A stretch of 62,955 nucleotides of DNA, counting the filler, from Octopus bimaculoides (lineage: Eukaryota), in NCBI RefSeq assembly GCF_001194135.2. It is 4 parts of 4 records of this genome, joined end to end, with 100 filler letters (N's around TTAATTAATTAA, not from the genome) between each part and the next. Parts side by side here need not be neighbours in the genome. Positions count along the whole stretch, not along the records: positions 1 to 20,414 come from NC_068994.1; 3 more parts are not named here. The stretch is one strand, 5' to 3'. A model generated the notes under the pieces. It was not told the origin of the DNA and made no database searches. It was given only the letters and a program-made list of their open reading frames with translations. Position numbers and translations under genes: made by a program. This document shows, one piece after another, positions 1-11,861 of the stretch (positions are counted from its first letter, which is position 1; every line of letters starts with the position of its first letter).

Positions 1-234
1 TGAACCCAGAATGTAAAGATGAACAAAATGCTACTAGACATTTTGTCAGGTGTGCTTATAATTCTGCCAGGTTTCCGCATTCATCTTCTATTTAAATATT
101 AACTTTAAAAATTATTTTAAATGTAACATTATGGTAAACTCCTCATTGGCCATGGTCACAACAACAATAACAAAAATGATAATATCAACAATAATAATAA
201 AGTTAAAGATGTGAATAGGCAAATAGATAAAATT

Positions 235-617
235 GAGTGGCTGTGCAGTAAAAAGCTTGCTTCCCAACCACATGGTTCCGGGTTCAGTCCTACTGCATGG
301 GACCTTAAGCAAGTGTCTTCTACTATAGCATCAGGCTGACTGAAGGCTTAAGAGTTGATTTGATAGATGGAAACTGAAAGAAGCTTATCATGTATGTGTG
401 TGTGTGTGTGTCTTTGTCTCTGTGTTTGTCTCCCACACTGCTTGACAACCAGTGCTGGTGTGTTCACGTCTTTGTAACTTAGCAATTCAGCAAAAGAGAA
501 CAATAGAATAAGTACTTGGCTTAAAAAAATAAGCCTGGGATGGATTTGTTTCAGTAAAACCCTTGAAGGTGGTGAACTGGCATGGCTGCAGTCAAATGAT
601 TGAAACAAGTAAAAGAT
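235..617 (+). mobile_element. tRNA-headed SINE, family A
   Basis: A/B-box-like head (gagtggctgtgcagtaa...ggttccgggttcagtcc), internal (TG)n and tail tgaaacaagtaaaaga. Collinear with copies at 2843 and 9219. Confidence 0.8.
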
Positions 618-879
618 AAAAAATATACTACTTCTGCATGTAACCTAAGTATAATTTAAAGAATAAATATTCAAATTTGAAGGTATTTCCATACATACAA
701 TAAAGGAATTCTCTGCACCTGTAGCATTAGGTAACATCCTGACTTGTATGTGCAAATATAAGCATATGTGCATTGCTTGAATGCTGTTCATTCTAGCTAA
801 GGGTGTCATCTGTTAATCTCTACCCATGTGTATAAACAAACACATGTAAACACATAAGAAAGCAGAGCAATCAGTCACC

Positions 880-1105
880 ACCACCACCGTCATTGTCGTC
901 GTCATCATCATTTAACATCCATTTTGCTTGCTGGCATGGGTTGGATGGTTTGACAGGAGCTGGTGAGCCACAGTGCTGCATCATGCTCCATGTCAACTTT
1001 GACATATGGTCGGATGCCCTTGCTAATGCCAGCTACTTTATACTGTGTGTTTGTTTTCATACCACTGGCACTGGTGGGGTTGCCAAGGGCCTTGCCAGAC
1101 TGGAA
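880..1105 (-). mobile_element. RTE-type LINE 3' UTR fragment
   Basis: catcatcatttaacatcc...gcatgggttggatggtttgac matches the 3' end of the long RTE at 38602-39090. Confidence 0.65.
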
Positions 1106-1254
1106 AGAAAATGAAAAAGGGAAAAGTCCCCTTGGCTAAATGGGGAAGTATTTGAGAGAATGGAGAAGAGGTTTTATGCCAGGGAGAAAAGCAGAGGTAT
1201 CTTGCCATGGAGATGATACATGGCTGCCCCACATTTATGTAAGGTGGAAGGGAG

Positions 1255-1690
1255 TATCTCAATAGGCCAGATATAGTTGTCAGAGATCATGAAGAAAAAA
1301 AATGCTTTCTAATTGATGTATCAATACCAACAGATGACAACGTTTCTCTGAAAGAAATGGAGAAACTTTAAAAATACAAAGACCTGGAAATAGAGGTAAC
1401 TCAAATGTGGAGTCTAAAAGCAGAAACAATTCCTATCATAGGTATGATAAAAAAATATTCAGACAAATACATAATAAAAACACCAGGACTAACAAATATA
1501 TATAACATACAGAAAATAGTAGTACCAGGCACTGCATACATCCTACATAAAACACTTTCAATACAGTAACCATAAGAGCATCACAGCAAACCACAGCACA
1601 TACCTAAGGCACACAGAGCGCAGCTCTGTGTGCAGTGAAGTGAAAGCACGTTATAAAAATAAAACTCTTTGAATAATGATAATGATCATA
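1255..1690 (+). mobile_element. R4/Dong-like non-LTR retrotransposon, 3' fragment (restriction-like endonuclease)
   Basis: NRPDIVVRDHEEKKCFLIDVSIPTDDNVSLKEMEKL*KYKDLEIEVTQMW is a PD..D REL motif. Followed by a 3' UTR and a taatgataat tail. Confidence 0.75.
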
Positions 1691-1820
1691 AAAGCGACAA
1701 CATTAATGAGCTTATTGTACACAAAACACCCACAATTTCCTTGTCTTCATTCACATCAACGCTTTGTTTGAAACTAACCATACGTTTCTCAATTTTTATT
1801 TCCATGTTTCTTTTTTCTAG

Positions 1821-1996
1821 GATAACATTGTTCAACATGTACAAGACTCTGAGAAGAGAATAGCAGATTATCGAGTGAAATATGAACAACTTCTGTTAGA
1901 AGACAGACAGTTGGATAAGGGTTTCAGAAATGAATTCCTTGGTGTTCCTGTGGTTCTTCTAGAGACTCTCTACAAGCAATTCCGGAAACGTCCAAG
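1821..1996 (+). CDS. CFAP43: CFAP43/WDR96 coding exon (first in window; gene starts upstream)
   Basis: Acceptor tttttctag|GAT and donor AAG|gtaag. Translates DNIVQHVQDSEKRIADYRVKYEQLLLEDRQLDKGFRNEFLGVPVVLLETLYKQFRKRPR, matching my recollection of the CFAP43 ED..LDR.FK.EF....LYK.F..RPR block. Ends in phase 2. Confidence 0.9.
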
Positions 1997-2001
1997 GTAA
2001 G

Positions 2002-2149
2002 ATACATTATTTACATTATTTACATTCGACGGATATTTGTCCTCATCTTGTTTGTTGTTAACACGTTTCGGCTGATATACCCTCCAGCCTTCTTCAGGTG
2101 TCTTGGGGAAATTTCGAACCTGGGTTCTCATTCCTAAGGCATTTTTCGA

Positions 2150-2187
<38 letters not shown>

Positions 2188-2539
2188 TCACCACTCGGAA
2201 TCGAACTTGGAATCTTGGGGTTAGTAGCCCGCTCTCTTAACCACTATGCCAATGAGCATATGGTGTAGTGGTTAAGAGCGCGGGCTACTAACCCCAAGTT
2301 TCCGAGTTCGATTCCAAGCTGTGACCTGAACAACAACAACAACAACAATAATAATAATAATAATAATAACATCGAAAAATACCTTAGGAATGAGAACCCA
2401 GATTCGAAATTTCCCCAAGACACCTGAAGAAGGCTGGAGGGTATATCAGCCGAAACGTGTTAGCAACAAACAAGATGAGGACAAATATCTGTCGAATGTA
2501 AATAATGTACATAATTCCTCATCTCTTATATATAGAACT
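2002..2539. mobile_element. Head-to-head palindromic dimer of a tRNA-headed short element, 12-bp TSD
   Basis: 2002-2251 is the reverse complement of about 2261-2510, with a 9-nt spacer. A-box TGGTGTAGTGG and B-box GAGTTCGATTCC present. GTCCAAGGTAAG flanks the pair at 1990-2001 and 2540-2551. Confidence 0.85.
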
Positions 2540-2842
2540 GTCCAAGGTAAGGGTTTAGGAATCACTTCAAATGGTGTCCATTGCTTTTTAGGGCTACTGC
2601 TGGCTGCTGCTGTGACCTGACTTCAACCAATCAAAATAATTGACTATATTTATCTTTTTACATTACATCACTCCCTATTTTGTTACAACGTCACTCTACG
2701 TTCTTACCAAATATTGTTCAAACCTCTTGAATGAGTCTCCTTACTGCTCATCCAAATACGTCTTCTTCCAGCTCCTCTTCAACACCTTTAATGATCTCAA
2801 TGCTCCTTCTTCAAATGTCTTCATTGCAAATCTCTTTACTGT

Positions 2843-3446
2843 TTTACTCTTTTACTTGTTTCAGTCTTTTGACTGTGGCCATGCTGGAGCACCACCTTTA
2901 GTCGAGCAAATCGACCCCAGGACTTATTCTTTAGAAGCCTAGTACTTATTCTATCGGTCTCTTTTNNNNNNNNNNNNNNNNNNNNNNNNNNNNNNNNNNN
3001 NNNNNNNNNNNNNNNNNNNNNNNNNNNNNNNNNNNNNNNNNNNNNNNNNNNNNNNNNNNNNNNNNNNNNNNNNNNNNNNNNNNNNNNNNNNNNNNNNNNN
3101 NNNNNNNNNNNNNNNNNNNNNNNNNNNNNNNNNNNNNNNNNNNNNNNNNNNNNNNNNNNNNNNNNNNNNNNNNNNNNNNNNNNNNNNNNNNNNNNNNNNN
3201 NNNNNNNNNNNNNNNNNNGATGTTCGGGGGACAAACACAGACACACAAACACATGCATATATACATATATATATACATATATACGACGGGCTTCTTTCAG
3301 TTTCCGTCTACCAAATCCACTCACAAGGCTTTGGTCAGCCCGAGGCTATAGTAGAAGACACTTGCCCAAGGTGCCACGCAGTGGGACTGAACCCGGAACC
3401 ATGTGGCTGGTAAGCAAGCTACTTACCACACAGCCACTCCTACGCC
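2843..3446 (-). mobile_element. SINE family A (N-gap inside)
   Basis: Reverse complement of the family A head (ggcgtaggagtggctgtgtggtaagtagc) and tail. Confidence 0.8.
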
Positions 3447-3585
3447 TGTGTAGATTCTTTTAGAAATGACTTCTCAGTTTTAACACTTCCTCTTCTGGAA
3501 GAAGTATCTGCTCTCCTGACATCTCCACATCCTCTTTTATGACCCTTTACAACTCTAAAAGTAATAATGTAGTTTTCAGTAAATA

Positions 3586-4200
3586 CGAGGTGGTATAAAT
3601 AAATTCATGGACTAGTTATATTTGAGCTGTATTTTCGTCTTGGGGAAGAGATGGAAGTCCATAGGTGCCAAATCTAGTGAATAATTTGGGTGTGGAAGCG
3701 ATATCATGTTGTTTTTGGTGAGAAACTCATGAGTGGAGAGGGTGCATTATTGTCATGAAGAATCCAATTCCTTATGCTCCACAGATCTAGTCCCTTTCAC
3801 AGAATGTCCCCTTCAAGCGCTTCAAAACATCATTGATTGTCCTCCAATGATACTCATGCACAAGCTGGGGGGTGATACTCATGGCAGGTCTTTCAGATCG
3901 TTCATTGTCTTCCAGGGACATTCTTCTGCTTTTGAAGCATCTGTGTCACTTGAAACATTGCATACGACCTATTTCCTCGACACCGTCAGCTTGCCAAAAC
4001 ATGTTCAATGTCTCTGTAGCAGACTTTCCAAGTTTAACACAAAACTTCACGTTGGCTATTTGTTCCAGCTTCCTGTCCATGACATAAATTGCAGACTACA
4101 GCATATACATGATCACAAAACCTCATTGCACACACAACTGTGTGCTGTCATTTGTTGGTGCACTACAGAACTAGTCTGAGAACTTTTTGATACCAGCTCA
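3586..4200 (-). mobile_element. Internally deleted mariner transposon
   Basis: About 30-bp imperfect TIRs (cgaggtggtat...gactagtt / aactagtc...ataccagctca) with TA on both sides. Minus strand encodes MDRKLEQIANVKFCVKLGKSATETLNM...SLEDNERSERP, then jumps to an HDNAP region. Confidence 0.85.
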
Positions 4201-4333
4201 TATAAGCACATATCCAGACACATATAGAGGGCCCTGGCACAAGTAGCATGTAGTATTTGTTGGTCATTCTGTTCTTGTTTTCTTGTCTTTAACTAACCAA
4301 ACACTAGTTTTTCAAAAGACATCAGGTGTACTA

Positions 4334-4522
4334 CAAGTGGGTGCTGAAAAGTTCCTGGCTTTAAGGCTATCACAAAAGGCCTGGTTAGAGGCCCCTTTTA
4401 CAGGGTTTAGAAAAACTGAAGGTCCGCTGCAATAAGTGAGAGGGGAATATGTTGAATAAAATCATAATTAGCTGATCCTCCTGTATTTTCTTTTAAACCA
4501 GGAACTTCTCAGTACTCCCTTG
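4334..4522. mobile_element. Mariner-type MITE
   Basis: Imperfect TIRs caagtgggtgctgaaaagttcctgg / ccaggaacttctcagtactcccttg, TA upstream. Confidence 0.6.
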
Positions 4523-4559
4523 TTATCTTATTTATTTCTCACTTCTAATTACATCCAAC

Positions 4560-5350
4560 TTTACAATTCCAGGAGCACCATTTTTTTCTAATGTTTTGCT
4601 CTGAAGGATGTGGTTGTGCTCAGAGTCATTGCAGGGCTGACCTCCAAGTTCCATGAGATTGACATGGTCAACAGACATTCCTCTTGAACAGTTTAATATA
4701 GATGACTGCAGGAAAAACGATAGGCATATACAGAAAGATGGCATTCTGGTGAGGAAGGATCGTAGAAAAATTATTAGTGCAGGACCTAATGGGGGGGGGA
4801 GTAAACAAAATATGGATGAGGCAAGGGAGAGAGTTAAGTAAGTCAAAGGGAATTCACTAGAAGTGGAATAAGATACATGATGTCTGGGGAGCAGAAGGCA
4901 CTGTAATAGCTACAGAAAAGCTAGGATGAGAAGACAACATGTTTGTGGACCAGTGGTTGGAGTTTGGAAGAGCAGATGGGATTTGATAGAAGCTGTCTGA
5001 TAGAATGAGGAGGAGAACAGAACCTCAAAGTTAGATCAAGGATTCAGAGTACATGGATACAATAGGATAAAGTAGATCAGGAACAAATTTCACAGAATGA
5101 TCTACTTTTGATGTCAGCAGGATCAATCCAGGTTGTCATTGGTTACATTTGATGTGGGGGAATTAAATAAAGTGAGTTGTGCCAGTTCCTCAAGAAGTTA
5201 TGGATTTGCTGAAGAATGCATTTTCTTGCTACGGAGCTCTTTTCTCTTTGAAGTACAGTCAAATACTCTAGCAACCGACAGAGGTGGTGCAAACGAGGAG
5301 GTATAAAGCAAGAAACTTCATGCCAGTCAATCATATCAGGCTATAGGGCC
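4560..5350 (-). mobile_element. Possible highly decayed Penelope-like RT remnant
   Basis: Only weak echoes (LYLIPP for FYLLPKIHK; DIMYLIP for DV.SLYT.IP) with many stops. Confidence 0.3.
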
Positions 5351-6023
5351 TTTCTCTTTCTGCCTATATAACTACATAGTTCTGGACAACTACATAACCT
5401 ACTGATACAGTTGACACTTTCTGTTATAGCATTACATGCTGTGATAGAGGCATCCTTGTTTCTTTGGTTGAGCAGAAAAACTGATTTTTTAAATGAAGAT
5501 CCTTGAACTATTTGTTTGGCATTGAGTTTCAGATACTCCTACATCACTTGTTAAGCACTGATTTTGTTATGATGTAACAAAACCAGTGCTGGGTATAATT
5601 TCTATAGAAAATTTTGTAGAGATAACATTAATAAGTGATGTAATAGCTAACATAGTAGAACACAGAATTGACTTATAAAATGTTTAACATATTTTGTAGT
5701 ATATTACGGTTGCATAATGAAATACAGTCACCCTATAGATCATTAATGCTCCTATATCACTATTGTTATTAGAAATGCAGTGGGTCAGTGATTTGTCTGT
5801 TGGAAACTTGGAAATCAATTATAATATAAGATAAAACATTTGTTAGATGTTTTTTAAAAATCTTTTGTGCTTTACATTATAGAAATTTCTTCATATAATG
5901 GTAAAGGATTCTCTTTAAATTTCTTCCTTTTTTTTTGCATACATTGGTCAGTTTTTGGTTTTGTTGTGGCTACTCAACTGATTGGTTACTTTTGCCTCCC
6001 CTCTAACATTTCTACTATTTTAG

Positions 6024-6246
6024 GGCTTATAAATTCAAAACGCCAGATACAATGCCATCTGGGGAGATTGTGATGCAAACGATATATAACCAAAGGAAAA
6101 TTGTGATTGCTCAACAAGGGAATGCTTCAATTGCAGTTGCTCTTAAGGAAATTGACAATGACAGCTACCGGCCAGAAGGCTTAGACCAAAATACTTGGAC
6201 AAAGTTATGCCAGATAAGAAGAATTAAACTCAAAAAAGAAGAACAG
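6024..6246 (+). CDS. CFAP43: CFAP43 coding exon
   Basis: ttttag|G ... CAG|gtaag; the first base completes AGG. Translates AYKFKTPDTMPSGEIVMQ...ALKEIDNDSYRPEGLDQNTWTKLCQIRRIKLKKEEQ (CFAP43 ELD....PEGLD..W..LC..RR.K...EQ motif). Confidence 0.9.
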
Positions 6247-6362
6247 GTAAGATTAGAGGCAATGAGAAATGGTTTCAATCATCTCTTTCTCTCTCTCTCT
6301 CTCTCTCTCTCGCTCTCTCTCTTTCTCTCACATTCTTTTTTCTGTTTTCTGCACTATGACAG

Positions 6363-6475
6363 ATAATGAAAAGTATTTTAACATTTGCTGAGATGGGTGA
6401 TTTCCACCAGTATAAAATAGATCAGCTGGAGATGACACACGCTGAAATGGATGAGATTGAAATGAAAATAAAGAA
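6363..6475 (+). CDS. CFAP43: CFAP43 coding exon
   Basis: gacag|ATA ... AA|gtaagt; phase 0 to 2. Translates IMKSILTFAEMGDFHQYKIDQLEMTHAEMDEIEMKIK. Phases fit both neighbouring exons. Confidence 0.85.
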
Positions 6476-6913
6476 GTAAGTCTTCCTTTGTATCTTCCAA
6501 GCTCAAAGCAAAGTAATGTCTCTGAGACTTTTAACCCTTCAACATTCAGATTACCCTCTCATATTTAATGCACATTTATTCACANNNNNNNNNNNNNNNN
6601 NNNNNNNNNNNNNNNNNNNNNNNNNNNNNNNNNNNNNNNNNNNNNNNNNNNNNNNNNNNNNNNNNNNNNNNNNNNNNNNNNNNNNNNNNNNNNNNNNNNN
6701 NNNNNNNNNNNNNNNNNNNNNNNNNNNNNNNNNNNNNNNNNNNNNNNNNNNNNNNNNNNNNNNNNNNNNNNNNNNNNNNNNNNNNNNNNNNNNNNNNNNN
6801 NNNNNNNNNNNNNNNNNNNNNNNNNNNNNNNNNNNNNNNNNNNNNNNNNNNNNNNNNNNNNNNNNNNNNNNNNNNNNNNNNNNNNNNNNNNNNNNNNNNN
6901 NNNNNNNNNNNNN

Positions 6914-7075
6914 CACACACACAAAGATGGGTTTCCACACAGTTTCTGTCTACCAAATTCATTCAGAAGGCCTTGGTCAGTAGAAGATAGTAGCCAAAGT
7001 AGAAGATTAGTAGCCAAAGGTGCCACACAGTGGGACTGAACCTGAAACCACGTGCTTGCAAAGTAAACAACCATA
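6914..7075 (-). mobile_element. SINE family A, 5' fragment
   Basis: aaggtgccacacagtgggactgaacctgaaaccacgtg is the reverse complement of the family A head. Confidence 0.6.
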
Positions 7076-7571
7076 CTAGTATCAATAATTTTTATCAATA
7101 AAGTTACTATTGAGCCTTGTCTGTAGGAAAACAGGTTGCTGGCTACCATGTTTGATGATTCATACCCTATTGTGCAGGGACTGTATTGTGTCCATGGCCA
7201 AGAGACTTTACTCTGACTGGCTCGGTCCACTAAGCTGTGAATCAAACCTCATTAAACAGCATCAAGATACTGTAATTACACACATCAAGGAATTACTCAT
7301 GCAACACCACATCCTCTCTCTCTCTACATAAATAGCAAATGACTAAAACAACTAAATTTACTGCAAGTTCTAGGCCCCATAATTGCTAAATTATCTTTCG
7401 TGGTAACTCAACATATAAATACATATATCTATTTAAAATTACTAATAAAGACTAAGGTTTATCATCAGGGTCAGAGCATACTCCGGCTTTAATTAGTTAC
7501 CAATCCTCCACAGCAGCAGTCCAAAACCTTTTTCATACTATGGGCTGATTTCATGCAGGATAACACTTCTC

Positions 7572-7801
7572 ATTTCTTTATTGCCCACAAGGGGCTAAAC
7601 ATAGAGGAGACAAACAAGGACAGACAGAGGGATTAAGTCGATTACATCGACCCCAGTGCCTAACTGGTACTTAATTTATCGACCCCGAAAGGATGAAAGG
7701 CAAAGTCGACCTCGGCGGAATTTGAACTCAGTACATAAAGACAGACGAAATATCGCTAAGCATTTCGCCCGGCGTGCTAACATTTCTGCCAGCTCGCCGC
7801 C
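7572..7801 (-). mobile_element. SINE family B
   Basis: Reverse complement of ggcggcgagctggcaga...gttctgagttcaaattccgccgaggtcgac...ttgtgggcaataaagaaat; near-identical to 13094-13317. Confidence 0.85.
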
Positions 7802-7904
7802 TATGTGTAGATAACGCTTCTATGAACTGAAAGATCACACACATGACAAAACCCAATAAATTCCATAATATTTTATTTCATTATTACATATATGTAATTG
7901 TTTA

Positions 7905-8120
7905 TCTTTTACTTATTTCAATCATTAGACTGCTGCCATACTGGGGCACCACCTCAAAGAATTTTAGTTGAACAAGTCAACTTCAGTACTTATTATTATT
8001 TTGTTAAGCCTGGTACTTATTCTATCAATCTCTTTTGCTAAACTGCTAGGTTACAGGGATATAAACACACCAACACTGGTTGAGAAGCAGTAGTTGGGGA
8101 GAAACACAGACACCAAGACA
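7905..8120 (-). mobile_element. SINE family A, 3' half (older copy)
   Basis: ttttacttatttcaatc...ggtacttattctatc...gctaaactgctaggttacaggg. Confidence 0.65.
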
Positions 8121-8174
8121 TACATAATACATATATATATATTACACATATAGTTTCAATGCATAAGACATACA

Positions 8175-8365
8175 TATCATCATCATCACCATCACCATTG
8201 TTTAATGTCCCTCTTCCATATGTGCATGAGTTAGACAATCGACAGGAGCCAGCCAGGTAGTAAAACTACCCTAAGCTGTTGTGTCTGTTTTGGCAGGATT
8301 TTTATGGCTGGATGTCCTTTCAAATGCCAACCACTTTACAGTGTGGACTGGATGATTTTTACATG

Positions 8366-8370
<5 letters not shown>
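8175..8370 (-). mobile_element. RTE 3' UTR fragment
   Basis: (CAT)n + gtttaatgtcc...ggctggatgtccttt...ccaaccacttta motif shared with the other RTE tails. Confidence 0.6.
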
Positions 8371-8417
<47 letters not shown>

Positions 8418-8834
8418 CCTCACAAGTCTAAGAGTGATCTATAAAGTTCATTGCTACTCACCACCAACACCACCAGCCACACACACTTTAATAACATGTT
8501 GAAGGGAGATGGTTAAATGTTATCATCAGTTAGGAGTACTGTATCATTATTTAATGCAATTTTAACCTGTTATGGGGAGTTCAAGTTCCCACTCTTATAA
8601 CTATTAACTAGAAAATGAAAAATCACACATTGAAACCCAGGCTTAACCAATTCTCTTCCAAATATTCTGGAATTAATGGTGTTTATATATGACAAAGGAA
8701 TCAGTTATAAAACACTTCAGATATCTTAAGGAACTGTAATTTTTCTTTTTGTTTTTTGCTTTTATTAACTCTTGTTTCAGTTATTATTATCAAACAACTC
8801 AATAACAAATCATCAATATTCACATCATATTGAC

Positions 8835-9050
8835 AGTGGCAAGCTGACAGAATCGTTGGTACACTGGGTGAAATGTTTAGCAGCATTTTATCTGTCTTCA
8901 CGTTCTGAGTTCAAATTTCGTTGACGTCAAGTTTGCCTTCCATCTTTTCAGGATTGATAAAATAAGTACCAGCTAAGTACTGGGGTCAATGAAATCGGCT
9001 ATCTCCCTCCCCTAAAATTGCTGGTCTTGTGCCAAAATTTAAAATGAATA
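8835..9050 (+). mobile_element. SINE family B, older copy
   Basis: gtggcaagctgacagaatcgtt...gttctgagttcaaattt...aagtaccag...tactggggtc. Confidence 0.65.
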
Positions 9051-9218
9051 TTAAGATAGAATATGTTTCTGTCTAGCGTTATTAATAACTTTCCAATTAT
9101 CTGAATACACACAATGCAAACAATAAAAAAATATATCAGTTCGTACTTGTTTATTGCATTATGTAATATTCATTATCTCTTTACTCATTGATCTTTTCTA
9201 CAAAATTCATTCACAAAT

Positions 9219-9384
9219 AGGTGCAGGAGTGGCTGTGTGGTAAGTAGCTTGCTTACCAACCACATGGTTCTGGGTTCAGTCCCACTGCGTGACACCTTGG
9301 GCAAGTGTCTTCTACTATAGCCTTGGGCCGACCAAAGCCTTGTGAGTGGATTTGGTAGATGGAAACTTAAAGAAGCCCATCGTA

Positions 9385-9429
<45 letters not shown>

Positions 9430-9646
9430 ATATGTTTGTGTGTCTGTGTTTGTTCCCCCAACATCACTTGACAACCGATGCTGGTATGTTTACGTCCCCG
9501 TAACTTAGCGGTTTGGCAAAAGAGACTGATAGAATAAGTACTAGGCTTCCAAAGAATAAGTCCTGGAGTCGATTTGCTCGACTAAAGGTGGTGCTCCAGC
9601 ATGGCCACAGTCAAATGACTGAAACAAGTAAAAGAGTGAAAGAGTA
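9219..9646 (+). mobile_element. SINE family A, full length
   Basis: Complete head-to-tail match to 235-617 and 2843-3446. Confidence 0.85.
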
Positions 9647-10163
9647 AATAAATTATGTTTTTTTCTGTCTTGTGTAAACCATTCGCATCATTATAATCAT
9701 AGTTGTAGTCAGTGTTGTTGTTGATGTTGTCATTTTAATGTCTGTGCTTGCATGGATCAGATGGAATTTGTGGAGGCATATTTTCTGCAGTCAAATACTC
9801 ATCTGTTTCCAAACAAAGTAATATTCCACCATTGCTGGACATGTTTTCATGGAAATTGGAAATGAACAGCATTGCTTGTATAATGGTGATATATGTTTTG
9901 CAGTGATTTCATGATGTCAAGACAAAGAGACACTGGCACACATACACACATTCCTCCATGTGCACACACACACACATATGCATATATGTATGTATGATGG
10001 GTGTCTTCTGGTTTCTATGTACCAAATCCACTCACAAGACTTTGGTAGGCCTGGAGCTAGAGCAGGTGTCAAGCAGTGGGACTAAATTCAAAACCACAGG
10101 ATTAGGAAGTAAATTTTTAACCACACAGCAATATCTGTGCCTTGCTATGCTTTTGTCTTTTAA

Positions 10164-10375
10164 CCCTTTAGCATTCATATTATTCTGTCAAATGTAATGC
10201 TTGTTTGTTTGCATTGTTTTGAATTAATCATGAATTACCTCGTAGCTTTGTGATTTTGATGAGGTAACTTTTAATTTTCAGAATGAGATTGTAGGGTGGG
10301 TATGAAAGGCCAGATCTGGGTGGTTTGAACATAAAACAGGTAGAATATTTTCGTGGGATATGGCAAGCTAAAGGG
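10164..10375. mobile_element. piggyBac-type MITE
   Basis: TTAA|CCCTTTAGC ... GCTAAAGGG|TTAA: 9-bp TIR with TTAA TSD. Confidence 0.8.
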
Positions 10376-10774
10376 TTAATTTACTTAGGTGAGGGTAAAC
10401 AGGCACCAACTTACTCAAGAAATATATTTTGAAAGCATTTTCATAATTTGTCCTAAATTTTTGAAAGCATTTTCATAATTTGTCCTAAACATATATACTT
10501 GTTTTCAGATGCTTAACCCCTGTTTCATAAGTTTTAAGTAATATAAAATTTGCCTTTCATAAGTCTGAAATCTTTCTGGTTATAAAAGACAAATGGGAAT
10601 ATGTATCATATTTGATGGTGCATGTGAAAACCCATAGGATATTGATAAATAATCAACTAAGAAAAATGGGGTCAAAGTCAAAATAGTGAAGAAACAGGTC
10701 CCCACATCACATTTCATTTTTTAATAGAAATATATTGTCTTTCTCAGTGACATCTCACATGTTTTTTCATGCAC

Positions 10775-11035
10775 CATCATATATCATCATTGTCGTTTAA
10801 TGTCCGCTTTCCATGCTAGCATGGGTTGGACGATTTGACTGAAGACTGGTGAACCGGATGGCTGCACCAGGCTCCAATCTGATCTGGCAGAGTTTCTACA
10901 GCTGGATGCCCTTCCTAACGCCAACCACTCCGAGAGTGTAGTGGGTGCTTTTATGTGTCACCGGCACGAGGGCCAGTCACACAGTACTGGCAATGGCCAC
11001 GCTCAATATGGTGTTTTTTACGTACCACCTGCACA
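10775..11035 (-). mobile_element. RTE 3' UTR fragment
   Basis: tcgtttaatgtccgctttccatgctagcatgggttggacg...gctggatgcccttcctaacgccaacc; high similarity to 38630-38820. Confidence 0.75.
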
Positions 11036-11221
11036 GGATGATGATGATGATATATATGATGTATGGAAGCCAGGGAAATATATTCTTCATATTGCATACG
11101 ATACACAGGACAGGCATTCTTTAAGAATTCTTTTTAAAAGACCCTCAGCTATTTTTCAGATTTTACATCAGTTTGAGAACTAAACATTGCCTAATTGAAG
11201 TTCACTTTGGTGTCATTGTAG

Positions 11222-11381
11222 ACTGAAGAGAGACAAACAACAATTCCACATTGACATTGATATACAGCTTTTGATAAAGCAGGGACAAGTGGAGTTAGAA
11301 CATGATGCCCTGATTCATAATTACCAAGGGGCTGTCCTAATACACCGCAGCATTATTGAAGAGCTTAACGCCAAAATTAAG
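11222..11381 (+). CDS. CFAP43: CFAP43 coding exon
   Basis: ttgtag|A ... AAG|gtattt. Translates LKRDKQQFHIDIDIQLLIKQGQVELEHDALIHNYQGAVLIHRSIIEELNAKIK; IQLLIKQGQVE is the hallmark CFAP43 motif. Confidence 0.93.
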
Positions 11382-11482
11382 GTATTTATTTTAATTGCAC
11401 AAAGTTTGCATGATTGTGTGATAATGTAAACATGAATGATTTGTGTAATTATGTGTTTTCTGGTGTTTATACTGTAGTAATA

Positions 11483-11861
11483 GTGGAGGCGCAATGGCCA
11501 AGTGGTTAGGGCAGCGGACTCGCGGTCATAGGATCGCGGTTTCGATTCCCAGACCAGGCGTTGTGAGTGTTTATTGAGCAAAAACACCTAAAGCTCCAGG
11601 AGGCTCCAGCAGGGGATGGTGGCGAACCCTGCTGTACTCTTTCACCACAACTTTCTCTCACTCTTACTTCCTGTTTCTGTTGTGCCTGTAATTCAAAGGG
11701 TCAGCCTTGTCACACTGTATCGTGCTGAATATCCCTGAGAACTATGTTAAAGGTACACGTGTCTGTGGAGTGCTCAGCCACTTGCACGTTAATTTCACGA
11801 GCAGGCTGTTCCGTTGATCGGATCAACTGGAACCCTCGACGTCGTAAGCGACGGAGTGCCA
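11483..11861 (+). mobile_element. tRNA-headed SINE, family C, with 12-bp TSD
   Basis: Head tggcc.agtggttagggcagcgg...ggtttcgattccc. TSD ACTGTAGTAATA at 11471-11482 and 11862-11873. Confidence 0.9.
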
